Shown here in pieces: positions 30,949 to 41,274 of a stretch of 64,000 nucleotides of DNA. This DNA is from an uncultured Acidobacteriota bacterium (GTDB lineage Bacteria; Actinomycetota; Acidimicrobiia; Spongiisociales; ZC4RG35). Below the pieces are notes generated by a model that was given only the letters and a program-made list of their open reading frames with translations, was not told the origin of the DNA and made no database searches. Made by a program: the position numbers and the translations under genes. How positions within the stretch are numbered: position 1 is the stretch's first letter; every line of letters begins with the position of its first letter. The stretch spans positions 17,573-81,572 of the forward strand of contig CAVRXA010000017.1 of the NCBI GenBank assembly GCA_963725075.1, given 5' to 3'.

Positions 30949-31484
30949 GCGCCGTAGTGTCGGGCTCGATCGGGCTGGCCGTGGCAGGTTTGCCTGGCGC
31001 TGTCCTCGGCATTTGTGTGTCTGCCGGTTTCGCACTCCGGCATCGGCTCCGGAAACGACCAACCCTCCTCCGACCGGTCTTGATCGTCCTCCTCATCGAG
31101 CTTCGATCAGGCCGCTCGGTGCTCGGGGCGCTCCAAACCGTCGGAGCCGCCTTTCCCGCTCGTGCCGAACTGACGCTGGCGGCCCGGGTAGCCACCATCT
31201 CTGGTTTGAGTCAGGCCGCCCTCCTCATGACCGGCGAGATGAAGGGAGTCCTGTCCCAATTGGCCCGTGCCCAGAAGTCGGGTGCTGCCCTGGGGGACAC
31301 GGTTCGGTCGATGATCGAAGCAGACATCGCCGCCGAGAAGGCGAGACGAGTGGCCCGGTCTCGCTCTCTGCCGGTGCGGCTGCTGCTTCCGATCACGCTG
31401 TTGCTCCTGCCAGGTCTTGTTCTCCTCCTCTACGCCCCTTCCATGCTCCGCCTCTTCGAGGACCTGTCGGGGCCACTGACATGA
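30945..31484 (+). CDS. tadC: TadC-like type II secretion system F-family membrane protein
   Basis: ATGA overlap with tadB. The TM-cytoplasmic-TM layout ends in LPVRLLLPITLLLLPGLVLLL. Confidence 0.7.
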   Translation: MSAVVSGSIGLAVAGLPGAVLGICVSAGFALRHRLRKRPTLLRPVLIVLLIELRSGRSVLGALQTVGAAFPARAELTLAARVATISGLSQAALLMTGEMKGVLSQLARAQKSGAALGDTVRSMIEADIAAEKARRVARSRSLPVRLLLPITLLLLPGLVLLLYAPSMLRLFEDLSGPLT

Positions 31485-31535
31485 GATCCGCACTTCTCCC
31501 CGCACCGGTCGGAAACCGGACGAAAAGGAGAGGAA

Positions 31536-31727
31536 ATGGCACGGATGTTGACCTGGCTTGCCACTCGCGACGAGCGGGGGCAAGGGACGGTCGAGTACTT
31601 CCTGGTAATCCTCGCCGCCACCGCACTGGCTGTGATCGCCCTGAAATGGCTGCAGTCGGGGAGCGGGGGCGGTCTGTTGGGGAGCCTGTTCGGGAAGGTG
31701 ATCGACTGGGTGGCGGGAAGATTCTGA
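31536..31727 (+). CDS. flp: Flp-family type IVb pilin precursor
   Basis: 63 aa with a strong AAGGAGAGG RBS. A basic leader ends in GQG, followed by TVEYFLVILAATALAV (the Flp G/xxxEY processing motif plus a hydrophobic helix). Confidence 0.7.
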   Translation: MARMLTWLATRDERGQGTVEYFLVILAATALAVIALKWLQSGSGGGLLGSLFGKVIDWVAGRF

Positions 31728-31744
31728 GAGAAGACCGAGGCTCG

Positions 31745-32089
31745 GTGACTGTCGAGTTGTTCCTCGTCCTCCCCATCGCGATCCTCGTTCTGGTGGCATC
31801 GATCCAGCTGATCGGCGTGGCCAGGGCGCGGATCGAGCTGCAGGGTGCGGTGCGGGAGGGGGCTCGTGTGGCTGCGACGACGCCTGACCCGGCTCGGGCG
31901 GTCGAGGCGGTACTGGCGGCCTTGTCCCCCGAGATGCGTGAGGTTGCCCGGGTCTCGGTGGAGAGGCCGTCCAGGGTCGGCGCGGTGGCCACCGTCACCA
32001 TTTCGATGCGGCACGTTCTCGGCCAGCCGTTCCCCCGAAGCCTCGGGGTGGACCTGTCGGCGAGGGCGACGATGCGAATCGAGAGATGA
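31745..32089 (+). CDS. TadE-like pseudopilin/pilus assembly protein
   Basis: The N-terminus (RGS)VTVELFLVLPIAILVLV is the TadE signature. GTG 31745 is the first canonical start. Confidence 0.7.
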   Translation: MTVELFLVLPIAILVLVASIQLIGVARARIELQGAVREGARVAATTPDPARAVEAVLAALSPEMREVARVSVERPSRVGAVATVTISMRHVLGQPFPRSLGVDLSARATMRIER

Positions 32090-32472
32090 TGGGCGAGCGG
32101 GGCGCCGGGACGATCCTGATGATCGGTCTCGTCGCCCTGATCGCCACCATCGGCATGGGCACGACGGCGCTGGGCGTGCTGTTCGACGCCCGCGAGAAGG
32201 CGGCCACCGCAGCCGAAGCCGCTGCGCTCGTCGCGGCGGTCGCCACGTATCCGCCGGCCGCAGCCGAGGCCCCCGACGATCTCGCCGCTGAATATGCGTC
32301 CCGCAACGGGGCGCGCATGGTGAGCTGCTGGTGCCCCATCGACCCCACGCTTCGATCGCGCGTGGCCGCGGTCACCGTTGCATTGAAGGCGGATGTGCCG
32401 CTGTTCGGCGAGGTCCTGGTGGGCAAGACTGCCCGGGCGGAGTTCGAGCCGCGGGCCTGGCTTGGCCGCTGA
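32086..32472 (+). CDS. Rv3654c-family TadE-like protein
   Basis: ATGA overlap with the preceding gene. The N-terminal ERGAGTILMIGLVALIATIG hydrophobic segment and its last position in the tad operon match the actinobacterial TadE-like family. Confidence 0.62.
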   Translation: MMGERGAGTILMIGLVALIATIGMGTTALGVLFDAREKAATAAEAAALVAAVATYPPAAAEAPDDLAAEYASRNGARMVSCWCPIDPTLRSRVAAVTVALKADVPLFGEVLVGKTARAEFEPRAWLGR

Positions 32473-32501
32473 ATCGCGCACTGCGTTAGGTTCGCCATGT
32501 C

Positions 32502-32876
32502 GTGTCTACAAATGTGCACCTGGTCGATCGCTTCATCGAGACTCTGGAGGCCCGAGACTGGGAGGGCTGGGCCTCCCTGCTCGATCCGGAAGTCGTATAC
32601 GAGATCCCCCAGTCGAAGGAGCGCATCAGGGGGCGTGACCGTTACCTCCGGTTCAATCAGGAGTACCCGGGTGACTGGCATCTTCGTCTCAAAGTCTCCA
32701 TCGCCGACACCGAGCACGGTGTCGCCTGGTTCGGCTGGGAGGTCGACGGCTCAGAGTCCGGCGACGCCATGGCCTTTTTCACCTTCTCCGACGGGCTGAT
32801 CACGTCAGTCACCGACTTCTGGCCCGAGCCCTATGAGCCGCCGCCAGGACGCGAGCATCTCGTCGAGCGTTGGTGA
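32502..32876 (+). CDS. SnoaL-like / NTF2-fold protein
   Basis: 124 aa. VDRFIETLEARDWEGWASLLDPEVVYE is a typical SnoaL-like N-terminus. Confidence 0.72.
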   Translation: MSTNVHLVDRFIETLEARDWEGWASLLDPEVVYEIPQSKERIRGRDRYLRFNQEYPGDWHLRLKVSIADTEHGVAWFGWEVDGSESGDAMAFFTFSDGLITSVTDFWPEPYEPPPGREHLVERW

Positions 32877-33361
32877 CGATGGCAGGCGCGGCTACCAGGG
32901 CTACCGCTGCCCTCGACGGGGCGGGCGCGACCTACATGGTTCATCGGTATGACGTCTCCGAGAAGGTGGGCGATGGATACGGGGAGGCAGTGGCGGCGGC
33001 GATCGGGATGAGCGCGGCCAGGGTCTTCAAGACCCTCGTTGCCGAAGTAGACGATGAACTGGTGGTAGCCGTGATCCCGGTCGATCGACGTCTCTCAACC
33101 AAGAGGCTGGCCAGTGCGGTGGGTGGTAAGCATGGATCGCTGGCGTCTACCACGACGGCCGAGCGAGCGACCGGTTACGTGACCGGTGGGATCAGCCCCT
33201 TCGGGCAGCGCAAGCGGCACCGGTTGATTCTGGATTCCTCGGCGCCGAACCACGAGACCATTGCCGTGTCCGGAGGGCGTCGAGGGCTGCAGCTCGAGAT
33301 CTCTCCGACCACCCTCCTCGACCTGACCGACGGGTCTATCGCTGTCATCGTCGACGACTGA
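32870..33361 (+). CDS. ybaK: Cys-tRNA(Pro)/Cys-tRNA(Cys) deacylase YbaK
   Basis: Motifs: VFKTLV, ERATGYVTGGISPFG and IAVSGGRRG. Confidence 0.86.
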   Translation: MVTMAGAATRATAALDGAGATYMVHRYDVSEKVGDGYGEAVAAAIGMSAARVFKTLVAEVDDELVVAVIPVDRRLSTKRLASAVGGKHGSLASTTTAERATGYVTGGISPFGQRKRHRLILDSSAPNHETIAVSGGRRGLQLEISPTTLLDLTDGSIAVIVDD

Positions 33362-33384
33362 GGGCCGGATCTAGGCTCCAGCAG

Positions 33385-35113
33385 GTGGCCACACGTCTCG
33401 AAGTCCTGCGAATGTTGGCCGAGCTGGCCAAGCTCACGGCGCTGGACGAGGGAAGCCCTCAGGCATTCCGGGTCCGGGCCTATGAGAACGCGCTTCACGG
33501 GATCGAGGGATATCAGGGCGAGCTGACCGGTCTCAGCAAGAAGGAGCTCACCGAGATCAAGGGAGTGGGTGGCTCCACCGCAGACAAGATCCTCGAGTTC
33601 ATGTCCACCGGCTCGGTGGCAAAGCTGGCCGCTCTCAGGGAGCAGTACCCGCCGGCGTTTGTCGAACTCACGAAGATCCCCGGTCTAGGCCCGAAGACGC
33701 TCAAAGTGATCCGCGCCGAGCTCGGGGTGGAGGACATCGAAGGCCTGCGCAAGGCCATTGCCGCTGAGCAACTCCGTGACCTCCCCGGTCTGGGCAAGAC
33801 CTCCGAGGAGAAGATAGGCAAGGCGATCGAGCGCCTGGGTCTCCATGGGAAGGACCGTCGGACTCCGTTGGTCGAGGCATTGCCTCTGGCCCGATCTCTC
33901 GCTGGCGCGGATCGCCGCGGTCGCCGGTGTCGAGGCAGCGGTTCCTTGTGGCTCGATCCGCCGATTCGCGGACACCGTCGGGGATATCGACATCGTTGTC
34001 GCCACCACCGACCCCACAGCCGTCTCCGAGTTCGTCGTCGGCCTGCCCGAGGCGGCCGAGGTGATCGGGTCCGGCGGGACCAAGACCTCGTTTCTGACCC
34101 GGGAAGGCATGCAGGTCGATGTCCGCACCGTAGAGCCCGGTCAGCTGGGCTCTGCTCTTCTCTATTTCACAGGCTCCAAGGCTCACAACATCGCTCTGCG
34201 TCAGCGAGCCATCGAGCGAGGATGGCTGCTGAGCGAGTACGGGCTCTTCGAGGATGGGAAGCTGATCGCCGCCGAGACCGAGGATGACATCTACAAGGCC
34301 CTGGAGATGGAGCCGGTCCTTCCGCCGATGCGGGAGGGAACCGGCGAGGTAGAAGCCGCGGCGGACGGCACATTGCCCGAGCTCATCGACCTATCCCGGA
34401 TCAGGGGCGACCTTCACTATCACTCGGACCGTTCGGGGGATGGCCGCTCCACCCTCGAAGAGATGATCGAGGCGGCGATCGCCCGCGGCTACGAATACGT
34501 GGCGTTCACCGATCATGGCGAGGACCTGGCCATCAACGGGTCGCCCCGGGAGGTGATGCTCGAGCATCGCGATCGGATCCACGAGCTTCAGGCCGAATAC
34601 CCCGATATCCGCCTCCTCTTTGGCTGCGAGCTCAACATCGGCCCCGATGGGGATCTGGATTACGACGCCGAGTTTCGCCTCGAGTTCGATTACTGCGTCG
34701 CCTCGATCCACTCCCACTTCGACCTGTCCCAGGATCGACAGACCGCCCGGATTCTCGGCGCCCTCCACGATCCAGCGGTCAACGCCATCGGTCATCTCAG
34801 CGGCCGTTATGTGGGCCGCCGTCCGGGGGTCGAGCTGGACATCGATGTGGTGTTGGAGGCACTCGAAGTGACCGGGGTAGCCCTCGAGATCAACGGGGCG
34901 CTCGATCGCCTCGACGCCACCGCTGAGGTGGTGCGCCGGGCGATGTCCCGTGGTGTGGACTTCGTCATCGACACCGACTCGCATCACACCAGCGATCTGG
35001 TCCGGATGGGCTACGGAGTCACCTACGCCCAACGGGGATGGGTGACGACCGACCGGGTGGTCAACGCCAAGCCCGTGGATGACTTCCTCGAGTGGACCGG
35101 TCGGCGACGGTGA
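33385..35113 (+). CDS. polX: DNA polymerase X family protein with a PHP 3'-5' exonuclease domain, interrupted by one apparent frameshift
   Basis: The N-terminal HhH region (FRVRAYENA, IKGVGGSTADKI, IPGLGPKT) is in track ORF 33385..34287. The catalytic GSIRRFADTVGDIDIVV and the PHP domain (DLHYHSDRSGDG, FTDHGE) are in ORF 33845..35113. The frame change is near 33885-33905. Confidence 0.86.
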
Positions 35114-35131
35114 AGGGCTAGCTTCCCCGCG

Positions 35132-35549
35132 ATGGTCAAGCAATACCAGGTCACCAGGAATGTGAATCGGCTCATGTCGTGGGCCGCGAAGAGAGGTATG
35201 GGCAAGACCCAGCTGTTGACGACGACGGGGTGTAAGACCGGTCAGAAGCGAGACGTTCCCGTGAGCCCTCTGGAGATCGATGGCGTCGAGTACGTGGTCT
35301 CGCCATACGGGGAGGTGTCCTGGGTTAGCAACGTGCGGGCCGACCCAGCTGTGACTCTGCGTCATGGGTCCAAGGAGCGCAAGGTTCGTCTCGAGGAGGT
35401 GACCGGCGACCACAGCAGCATCGGTCGCAGCCGCCTATTACGAACGGGAGAGCTTCGCCCGCCCCTACATGGACGTCCCGGAGAATCCGAGCGAGGCCGA
35501 CTTCGCAGCGAAGTCGGCACTTTTCCCGATCTTCAGAGTCGACCACTGA
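35132..35549 (+). CDS. nitroreductase/deazaflavin-dependent oxidoreductase family protein (DUF385), interrupted by one apparent frameshift
   Basis: LLTTTGCKTGQKRDVPVSPL...WVSNVRADPAVTL. The conserved tail AAYYERESFARPYMDVPENPSEADFAAKSALFPIFRV lies in another frame and ends at TGA 35547-35549. The frame change is near 35405-35412. Confidence 0.7.
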
Positions 35550-35605
35550 CCCCGGTTTACCGGCGATCCTTGTAATTCACCGCCAGGAACGGGAAGCTGT
35601 GGTCC

Positions 35606-36940
35606 TTGGCGACGACCGCTGAACAGACTGAACAAGTGTCCACCTACGTACTCGACACCTGTGTGCTCCTCGCCGACCCCCAATCCCCGCTCCGATTCGA
35701 TGAACACGACGTGGTCCTGCCACTCGTCGTGGTCGAGGAGCTGGATCGGAAGAAAACCCGCATGGACGAAGTGGGAGGCAACGCCAGGGCCGCGATTCGT
35801 CTGCTGGAGGAGCTGGGCGCCTCCCGGTCCGGTGGCCTGCGCGAGGCTGTCGAGCTTCCTGGGGGCGGCACCCTCAGGATCGAGCTCAACGGGGTCGTCT
35901 CCGAGCGTCTGCCCGCGGTTCTCGACCCCCACACCCCGGATCACCGGATCCTCGCCACCTGCCTGAACCTGCACGAGCAGTCGCCGGCGGTGCTTGTCAC
36001 GAAGGACGCCTCGCTGCGCATCAAGGGAGCACAGCTCGGCGTTCCGGTTCAGGACTACCGCGCCGACACCGTGCCGGTGGAACAGCTCCAGTCGGGTCTC
36101 GTCGAGCACCCCACCGACGGAGACACCATCGATCGGCTGTTCGACGAGGGGAAGATCACTCTCGATGACATCGAGGCGATGGTCAACCAGTTCGTGTTGC
36201 TCAGGTCCGGGGCTTCGCGCTCTGCACTCGCCCGTGTCATCCAGGCCGAGCCAACAGTCGTCGTGGAACGTGTTCCCACCCATGTCCGAGCCTTTGGTGT
36301 CGAGCCCAAGAACGTGCGGCAGACGGTGGCGCTTCATCAGCTGCTCGATCCCGACATCCCTGCCGTGTCTCTGATGGGCATGGCGGGAACCGGGAAGACA
36401 TTCCTGGCCCTGGCGGCTGCTCTCGAGCAGGTCATCGAGCAGGGCAGGTACAGGAGAGTCTCGGTCTACCGTCCCCTGGTCGCGGTGGGTCGCCAGGAAG
36501 TCGGGTATCTGCCGGGCGATCTCAACGAGAAGCTGGCACCGTGGATGGCTGCGGTACACGACAACCTCTTCGCCCTGTTCTCCGATGCAGGGGCCGACGG
36601 CGCGAAGCACGCCATCGAGGAGCTGGTCGACCGGGGTGAGCTGGAGATGGCTGCGGTCACCTATCTCCGAGGCCGCTCGATCACCGGTGAGTTCGTGATC
36701 ATCGACGAGGCGCAGAACCTGGAGTTGCCCACCCTCAAGGTGATCTTGACCCGGATGTCGCGCGACTCCAAGGTCGTGTTCTGCGGTGACTTGACCCAGG
36801 TGGACAACCCTTACATCTCGCCGTTCGGGGGAATGGCCGCGCTGATCGAGAAGTTCAAGGGGTCGGCCTTGTTCGGCCACGTCACCCTGGAGAAGACGGT
36901 GCGGTCCCCGCTGGCCGAGATGGCTGCAACCGTTCTCTAG
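35606..36940 (+). CDS. PhoH2: PIN-domain RNase fused to a PhoH-like ATPase
   Basis: The PIN N-terminus YVLDTCVLL...VVEELD and the PhoH Walker A LMGMAGTGKTFLA are present. The start may be GTG 35636 rather than TTG 35606. Confidence 0.9.
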   Translation: MATTAEQTEQVSTYVLDTCVLLADPQSPLRFDEHDVVLPLVVVEELDRKKTRMDEVGGNARAAIRLLEELGASRSGGLREAVELPGGGTLRIELNGVVSERLPAVLDPHTPDHRILATCLNLHEQSPAVLVTKDASLRIKGAQLGVPVQDYRADTVPVEQLQSGLVEHPTDGDTIDRLFDEGKITLDDIEAMVNQFVLLRSGASRSALARVIQAEPTVVVERVPTHVRAFGVEPKNVRQTVALHQLLDPDIPAVSLMGMAGTGKTFLALAAALEQVIEQGRYRRVSVYRPLVAVGRQEVGYLPGDLNEKLAPWMAAVHDNLFALFSDAGADGAKHAIEELVDRGELEMAAVTYLRGRSITGEFVIIDEAQNLELPTLKVILTRMSRDSKVVFCGDLTQVDNPYISPFGGMAALIEKFKGSALFGHVTLEKTVRSPLAEMAATVL

Positions 36941-36944
36941 CCCG

Positions 36945-39509
36945 CTACGACCCGATTCTTTCCCTTCGCGCTGCCAGCAGCTCGGCGGCTCGCTCGATGG
37001 TGATGGTCTCCGGAGAGTCGCCCTGGCGTAGGGAGGCATTGACCTCACCGTCGGTCACGTAAAGCCCGAAGCGGCCGTTTCGGACGGTGACCGTCTTTCC
37101 GCTGACCGGGTCGGCCCCGAGCTCTTTGAGTGGCTCGGCCGACCGTTGACCTCTCCGGCGCGGTGGCTCGGCGAGAAGCTTGAGCGCCTCGTCGACGGTG
37201 AGGGTGAACAGCTGTTCCTCGCTCTCCAGACTGCGGCGATCGGACCCTCGCTGGATGTACGGGCCGTATCGCCCGTTGAGGGCAACGATGTCGACACCCT
37301 CAGGGTCGGGGCCGACGGTGCGGGGCAGGGCGAGGAGTTGAAGAGCGGTGTCCATCGAAAGTTCGTCCATTGTCATGCTCTTGAACAGGGAGGCCCGCTT
37401 CGGCTTGGTCTTGCTTCCCTCTTCGGCCTCACCGAGCTGGATGTATGGCCCGAATCGGCCGGTCTTGCCGTACACGGTGAGCCCTGACTCTGGGTCGGTC
37501 CCGAAGATCTTGTCGCCGACGTTCTGGTGCAGGACCAGCTCGGTGGCCTTCTCGACGGTCAGCTCATCCGGAGCCAGGTCGTCGGGGATGGAGGCCCGCT
37601 CCTCTCCGATCTCCACATACGGGCCATATCGCCCGATCCTGGCCACGACATCGGTGCCTGCCTCGTCCACGCCGATCGGAATCGAGCCCACCGCACGAGG
37701 GTCGATCTCATCGAGACGGGTCGCCACTTTGTGCTTGAGCCCATCGTCGCCGAAGTAGAAGTGAGTGAGCCACGGGACCGACTCCTCCTCACCCGCGGCG
37801 ATCCGGTCGAGGTCGTCCTCCATGGATGCGGTGAAGCTGTAATCGACGAGTTGGGGGAAGTGCTTCTCGAGCAGCCCGACGACGCCAAAGGCGACGAAGC
37901 TCGGGACCAATGCGGTCCCCTTCTTCCAGACGTAGCCGCGGTCCTGGATCGTGGTCATGATCGAGGCATAGGTCGAGGGCCGACCCACTCCCAGCTCCTC
38001 GAGACGTTGGACCAACGAGGCCTCGGTATACCGGGCCGGGGGGCGTGTCTCATGCCCGGTGGGCTCCAGACGCTGCACTGCAAGGGCGTCGCCCGGGGCC
38101 AGCTTCGGCAGCACCTTTTCCTTGTCGTCGGCGTCGGAATCCGGGTCGTCCGAGCCCTGCACATAGACACGGAGGAAGCCCGGAAAGGTGATGGTTCGGC
38201 CGCTGGTGCTGAATACGGCCTCGCGCCCGTCGGTCGACTGCGCTCCGAGACGAGCAGAGACGGTGAAGCCGACGGCATCGGCCATCTGCGAGGCGATGGT
38301 CCGCTTCCAGATGAGGTCGTAGAGCCGTCCCTCGTCCGGGCCGACGAGAGTCGCCACCTGCTCCGGCGTCTGGAAATGGTCATCTCCCGCGGGCCGGATG
38401 GCCTCATGCGCCTCCTGGGCGCCCTTCACTTTGGAGGCGAAGGTCCGGGGCTTGGGCGACAGGTACTCCTGCCCGTAGAGCTTGGTGATCTGAGACCGGG
38501 CGGAGGCCACGGCGGAATCGGCCAACGAGGTGGAGTCGGTCCGCATGTAGGTGATGTACCCGTTCTCATAGAGACGCTGGGCCACCGACATCGTCCTCGA
38601 CGACGAAAACCGAAGCTTTCGTGCAGCCTCCTGCTGCAAGGTCGATGTCCGAAACGGGGGATAGGGGGATCTCTTGTACGGCTTCTCCTCGACCGACTGC
38701 ACCTCGAATCGGGAGTCGAGCAGCCCTTCGGCCAATGCTGTCGCCAGCGCCTGGTCGAGGACGAGGGTCCCGGGCTTCGCCTGTCCGTCTGCGCCGAACT
38801 CCTTGCCCGTGGCCACTCGGGCTCCGTCGACTTGAAGCAGGGTTGCCTCGAAGACCCTGGCCAGGTCGTCCTCCGGGGCGAAGGTGCCTTCGAGGCTCCA
38901 ATATTCGGCCGAGGTGAACGCCATGCGCTCGCGCTCTCGCTCGACGACGATGCGGACTGCCACGCTCTGGACGCGGCCGGCCGAAAGCCCCTGCTGGACC
39001 TTGCGCCACAGGACCGGGGACACCTCGAACCCGTAGAGACGGTCGAGGATGCGGCGAGCCTCCTGCGCTTGGACCAGGCGAAGATCCAGATCTCGAGGGC
39101 TGGCGAAGGCGTCTTCGATCGCGTGCTGGGTGATCTCGTGGAACACCATCCGATGCACCGGCACTTTGGGCTTGAGGATCTCGGTCAGGTGCCAGGCGAT
39201 GGACTCGCCTTCTCGATCCTCGTCAGTCGCCAGATAGAGCTGGTCGACCCCGGCCAGCATCTCTTTGAGCTTCTTGACCCGGTCCTTGCGCTCCTTGGGC
39301 ACTACGTACAGGGGCTCGAAGTCGTTGTCCACGTCGACCCCGAGCCGCGCCCAGGCCTTGCCCTTGGCGCTGGCCGGGATCTCGGCAGCCGACCGGGGCA
39401 GGTCGCGAATGTGCCCCATCGAAGACTCGACGGCCACGTCCGGACCGAGGAATCCGGAGATGGTCCGAGCCTTCGTCGGGGACTCGACGATGACGAGGCT
39501 CTTAGGCAT
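36945..39509 (-). CDS. topA: DNA topoisomerase I
   Basis: 854 aa. LVIVESPTKARTI, Toprim ATDEDREGE, active-site region GYITYMRTDS, and C-terminal repeats of the actinobacterial type. Confidence 0.96.
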   Translation of the reverse strand: MPKSLVIVESPTKARTISGFLGPDVAVESSMGHIRDLPRSAAEIPASAKGKAWARLGVDVDNDFEPLYVVPKERKDRVKKLKEMLAGVDQLYLATDEDREGESIAWHLTEILKPKVPVHRMVFHEITQHAIEDAFASPRDLDLRLVQAQEARRILDRLYGFEVSPVLWRKVQQGLSAGRVQSVAVRIVVERERERMAFTSAEYWSLEGTFAPEDDLARVFEATLLQVDGARVATGKEFGADGQAKPGTLVLDQALATALAEGLLDSRFEVQSVEEKPYKRSPYPPFRTSTLQQEAARKLRFSSSRTMSVAQRLYENGYITYMRTDSTSLADSAVASARSQITKLYGQEYLSPKPRTFASKVKGAQEAHEAIRPAGDDHFQTPEQVATLVGPDEGRLYDLIWKRTIASQMADAVGFTVSARLGAQSTDGREAVFSTSGRTITFPGFLRVYVQGSDDPDSDADDKEKVLPKLAPGDALAVQRLEPTGHETRPPARYTEASLVQRLEELGVGRPSTYASIMTTIQDRGYVWKKGTALVPSFVAFGVVGLLEKHFPQLVDYSFTASMEDDLDRIAAGEEESVPWLTHFYFGDDGLKHKVATRLDEIDPRAVGSIPIGVDEAGTDVVARIGRYGPYVEIGEERASIPDDLAPDELTVEKATELVLHQNVGDKIFGTDPESGLTVYGKTGRFGPYIQLGEAEEGSKTKPKRASLFKSMTMDELSMDTALQLLALPRTVGPDPEGVDIVALNGRYGPYIQRGSDRRSLESEEQLFTLTVDEALKLLAEPPRRRGQRSAEPLKELGADPVSGKTVTVRNGRFGLYVTDGEVNASLRQGDSPETITIERAAELLAARRERIGS

Positions 39510-39588
39510 AAGTGTGGTGAGTTGACTTCATTTGACCGCCTGATGTCAATACGACTCGTGTCACAGGAGACCATTACCGTCATTCAAA

Positions 39589-40203
39589 GTGACCGGTGAA
39601 ACGCCCCGTAACCACCGATATATTGCGCTGGAAGGTGGCGATGGCAGCGGCAAGACGACTTTGTCGGCCGCCTTGGCCGCCAGGCTCCGCTCCATTGGCG
39701 ACGATGTCGTGGAGGTGCGGGAGCCCGGTGGGACCCCGCTGGGGGAGACCGTCCGTGAGCTCGTGCTGGACTCCGATAGCGTCGATCGCTGGGCGGAAGT
39801 GTTTCTTTTTGCAGCACAACGGGCCCAACTCGCCCGGGACGTGCTGGCCCCCGCACTCGAGCGGGGAGCCTGGGTGATCAGCGATCGCACCTACTACTCG
39901 TCGATCGCCTATCAGGGTCGTGCCCGCGGGATGGGTGAGGACCGGGTGCGCGAGATCAACGAGATCGGCCTCGAGGGCGTCGAGCCGGGGCGGGTGTTCG
40001 TGATCGACGTCGACCCGCGCAAAGCCCTCGGGCGTCAGGGTCGGCCGGATCGGATCGGCAGCGAGAGCATGGCCTTCCAGGAGGACGTGACAGCTGCCTA
40101 TCGGGACCTGGCCGTGGCCGAGCCGGGACGTGTTGTGCTCCTGGACGGCTCGGGCTCGATCGAGGAGTTGGTCGATCAGGTCATGACGGAGTTGGGCATA
40201 TGA
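39589..40203 (+). CDS. tmk: dTMP (thymidylate) kinase
   Basis: IALEGGDGSGKTT (P-loop) and REPGGTPLGE. Confidence 0.9.
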   Translation: MTGETPRNHRYIALEGGDGSGKTTLSAALAARLRSIGDDVVEVREPGGTPLGETVRELVLDSDSVDRWAEVFLFAAQRAQLARDVLAPALERGAWVISDRTYYSSIAYQGRARGMGEDRVREINEIGLEGVEPGRVFVIDVDPRKALGRQGRPDRIGSESMAFQEDVTAAYRDLAVAEPGRVVLLDGSGSIEELVDQVMTELGI

Positions 40204-41237
40204 GTGATTCCTTCGATGGGGTGATCGGTCACGAGAGGGTTGTCGAGTTGCTGCGTCGGGAGGTGTCCTCGCCCGCCCAGGCCTACCTGTTCACCGGGCC
40301 CGACTCGGTCGGGAAGGCGACCCTCGCAGTGCGATTCGCCGCAGCCCTGCTCTGTGCCGAGCGTGGTGAACACGACGTGGAATGTCGCTCGTGCCGGTTG
40401 GTGCGTGAGGGAGTTCACCCCGACGTGTCGGTGGTCGAACCGGAGGGGGCGACCAGTCTCGGTGTCGATCAGGCCCGGGAGGTGGTCACCCGGTCGTCTC
40501 TGCGCCCGGTCGAATCGGACCGGTCGTTGTTCCTCTTCCCGGAGGCGGGGACGATGACGGAGCAGGCCGCCAACGCCCTGCTCAAGACGTTGGAGGAGCC
40601 GACGGCATCGGTCGTGTTCCTCCTCGTGGCGGAGTCCGAGGACGACTTCCCCGCGACCGTGGCCTCACGATGTCGCACCATCCACGTCGGCCGGGTGCCC
40701 CAGGCGTCGATGGTGGCGGCGCTCGAGGCCCGGGGACTGGATCACGCCGCGGCCGAGGGAGTGGCCGTCGTCTCGGGTGGCCGGCCCGGTCTGGCCCTGG
40801 CGTTGATGGACCGCCCCGAGGTTTCCCGATTCCGGGATCTGTGGCTGGCGATACCCGGTCAGGTGACACCCCATCCGGGAGACGGTCAACGGCTCGCATC
40901 CGAGGTCCTGTCCGAGATTGCCCCCCTGGTCGATCAGTCGGTCTCCGAGGACATGACCAAGGAGCGGGAACAACGGGCCAGACGGCGCGCCGAGCAATCC
41001 CTGTTGGTCAACGGTCTGGAGATCCTGGCCTCGTGGTACACCGACTCGGCCTCCTTGCAGATGGGTGGGCCGGTCCGCAACAGCGACCTGCCCCTGGGGA
41101 CCTTCACCGATGTGAGCCCGCGCAAGGCCGTGGCCTCTGCGGAGAAGATCCTCGACGCCGTGGTCGACATCCAGGCCAATCTGCGGCGAGAGCTGGTCCT
41201 GGCCAATCTCTTCGCCGGTCTCGGCTCCGAGACCTGA
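40200..41237 (+). CDS. holB: DNA polymerase III delta-prime subunit
   Basis: AYLFTGPDSVGKAT and a Cys-rich C..C..C zinc module (CAERGEHDVECRSCR). It overlaps the tmk stop by 4 nt. Confidence 0.88.
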   Translation: MSDSFDGVIGHERVVELLRREVSSPAQAYLFTGPDSVGKATLAVRFAAALLCAERGEHDVECRSCRLVREGVHPDVSVVEPEGATSLGVDQAREVVTRSSLRPVESDRSLFLFPEAGTMTEQAANALLKTLEEPTASVVFLLVAESEDDFPATVASRCRTIHVGRVPQASMVAALEARGLDHAAAEGVAVVSGGRPGLALALMDRPEVSRFRDLWLAIPGQVTPHPGDGQRLASEVLSEIAPLVDQSVSEDMTKEREQRARRRAEQSLLVNGLEILASWYTDSASLQMGGPVRNSDLPLGTFTDVSPRKAVASAEKILDAVVDIQANLRRELVLANLFAGLGSET

Positions 41238-41274
41238 TTTCTGTCCCTCGGTCCCGATACCTTCGATATCGAGG

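Noticed and set aside
35465-37048. 527-aa ORF antisense to phoH2
   Set aside because: It is a shadow ORF. The sense strand has PIN and PhoH motifs.
37527-39599. 690-aa ORF antisense to topA
   Set aside because: It is a shadow ORF. The reverse strand encodes an unmistakable topoisomerase I.
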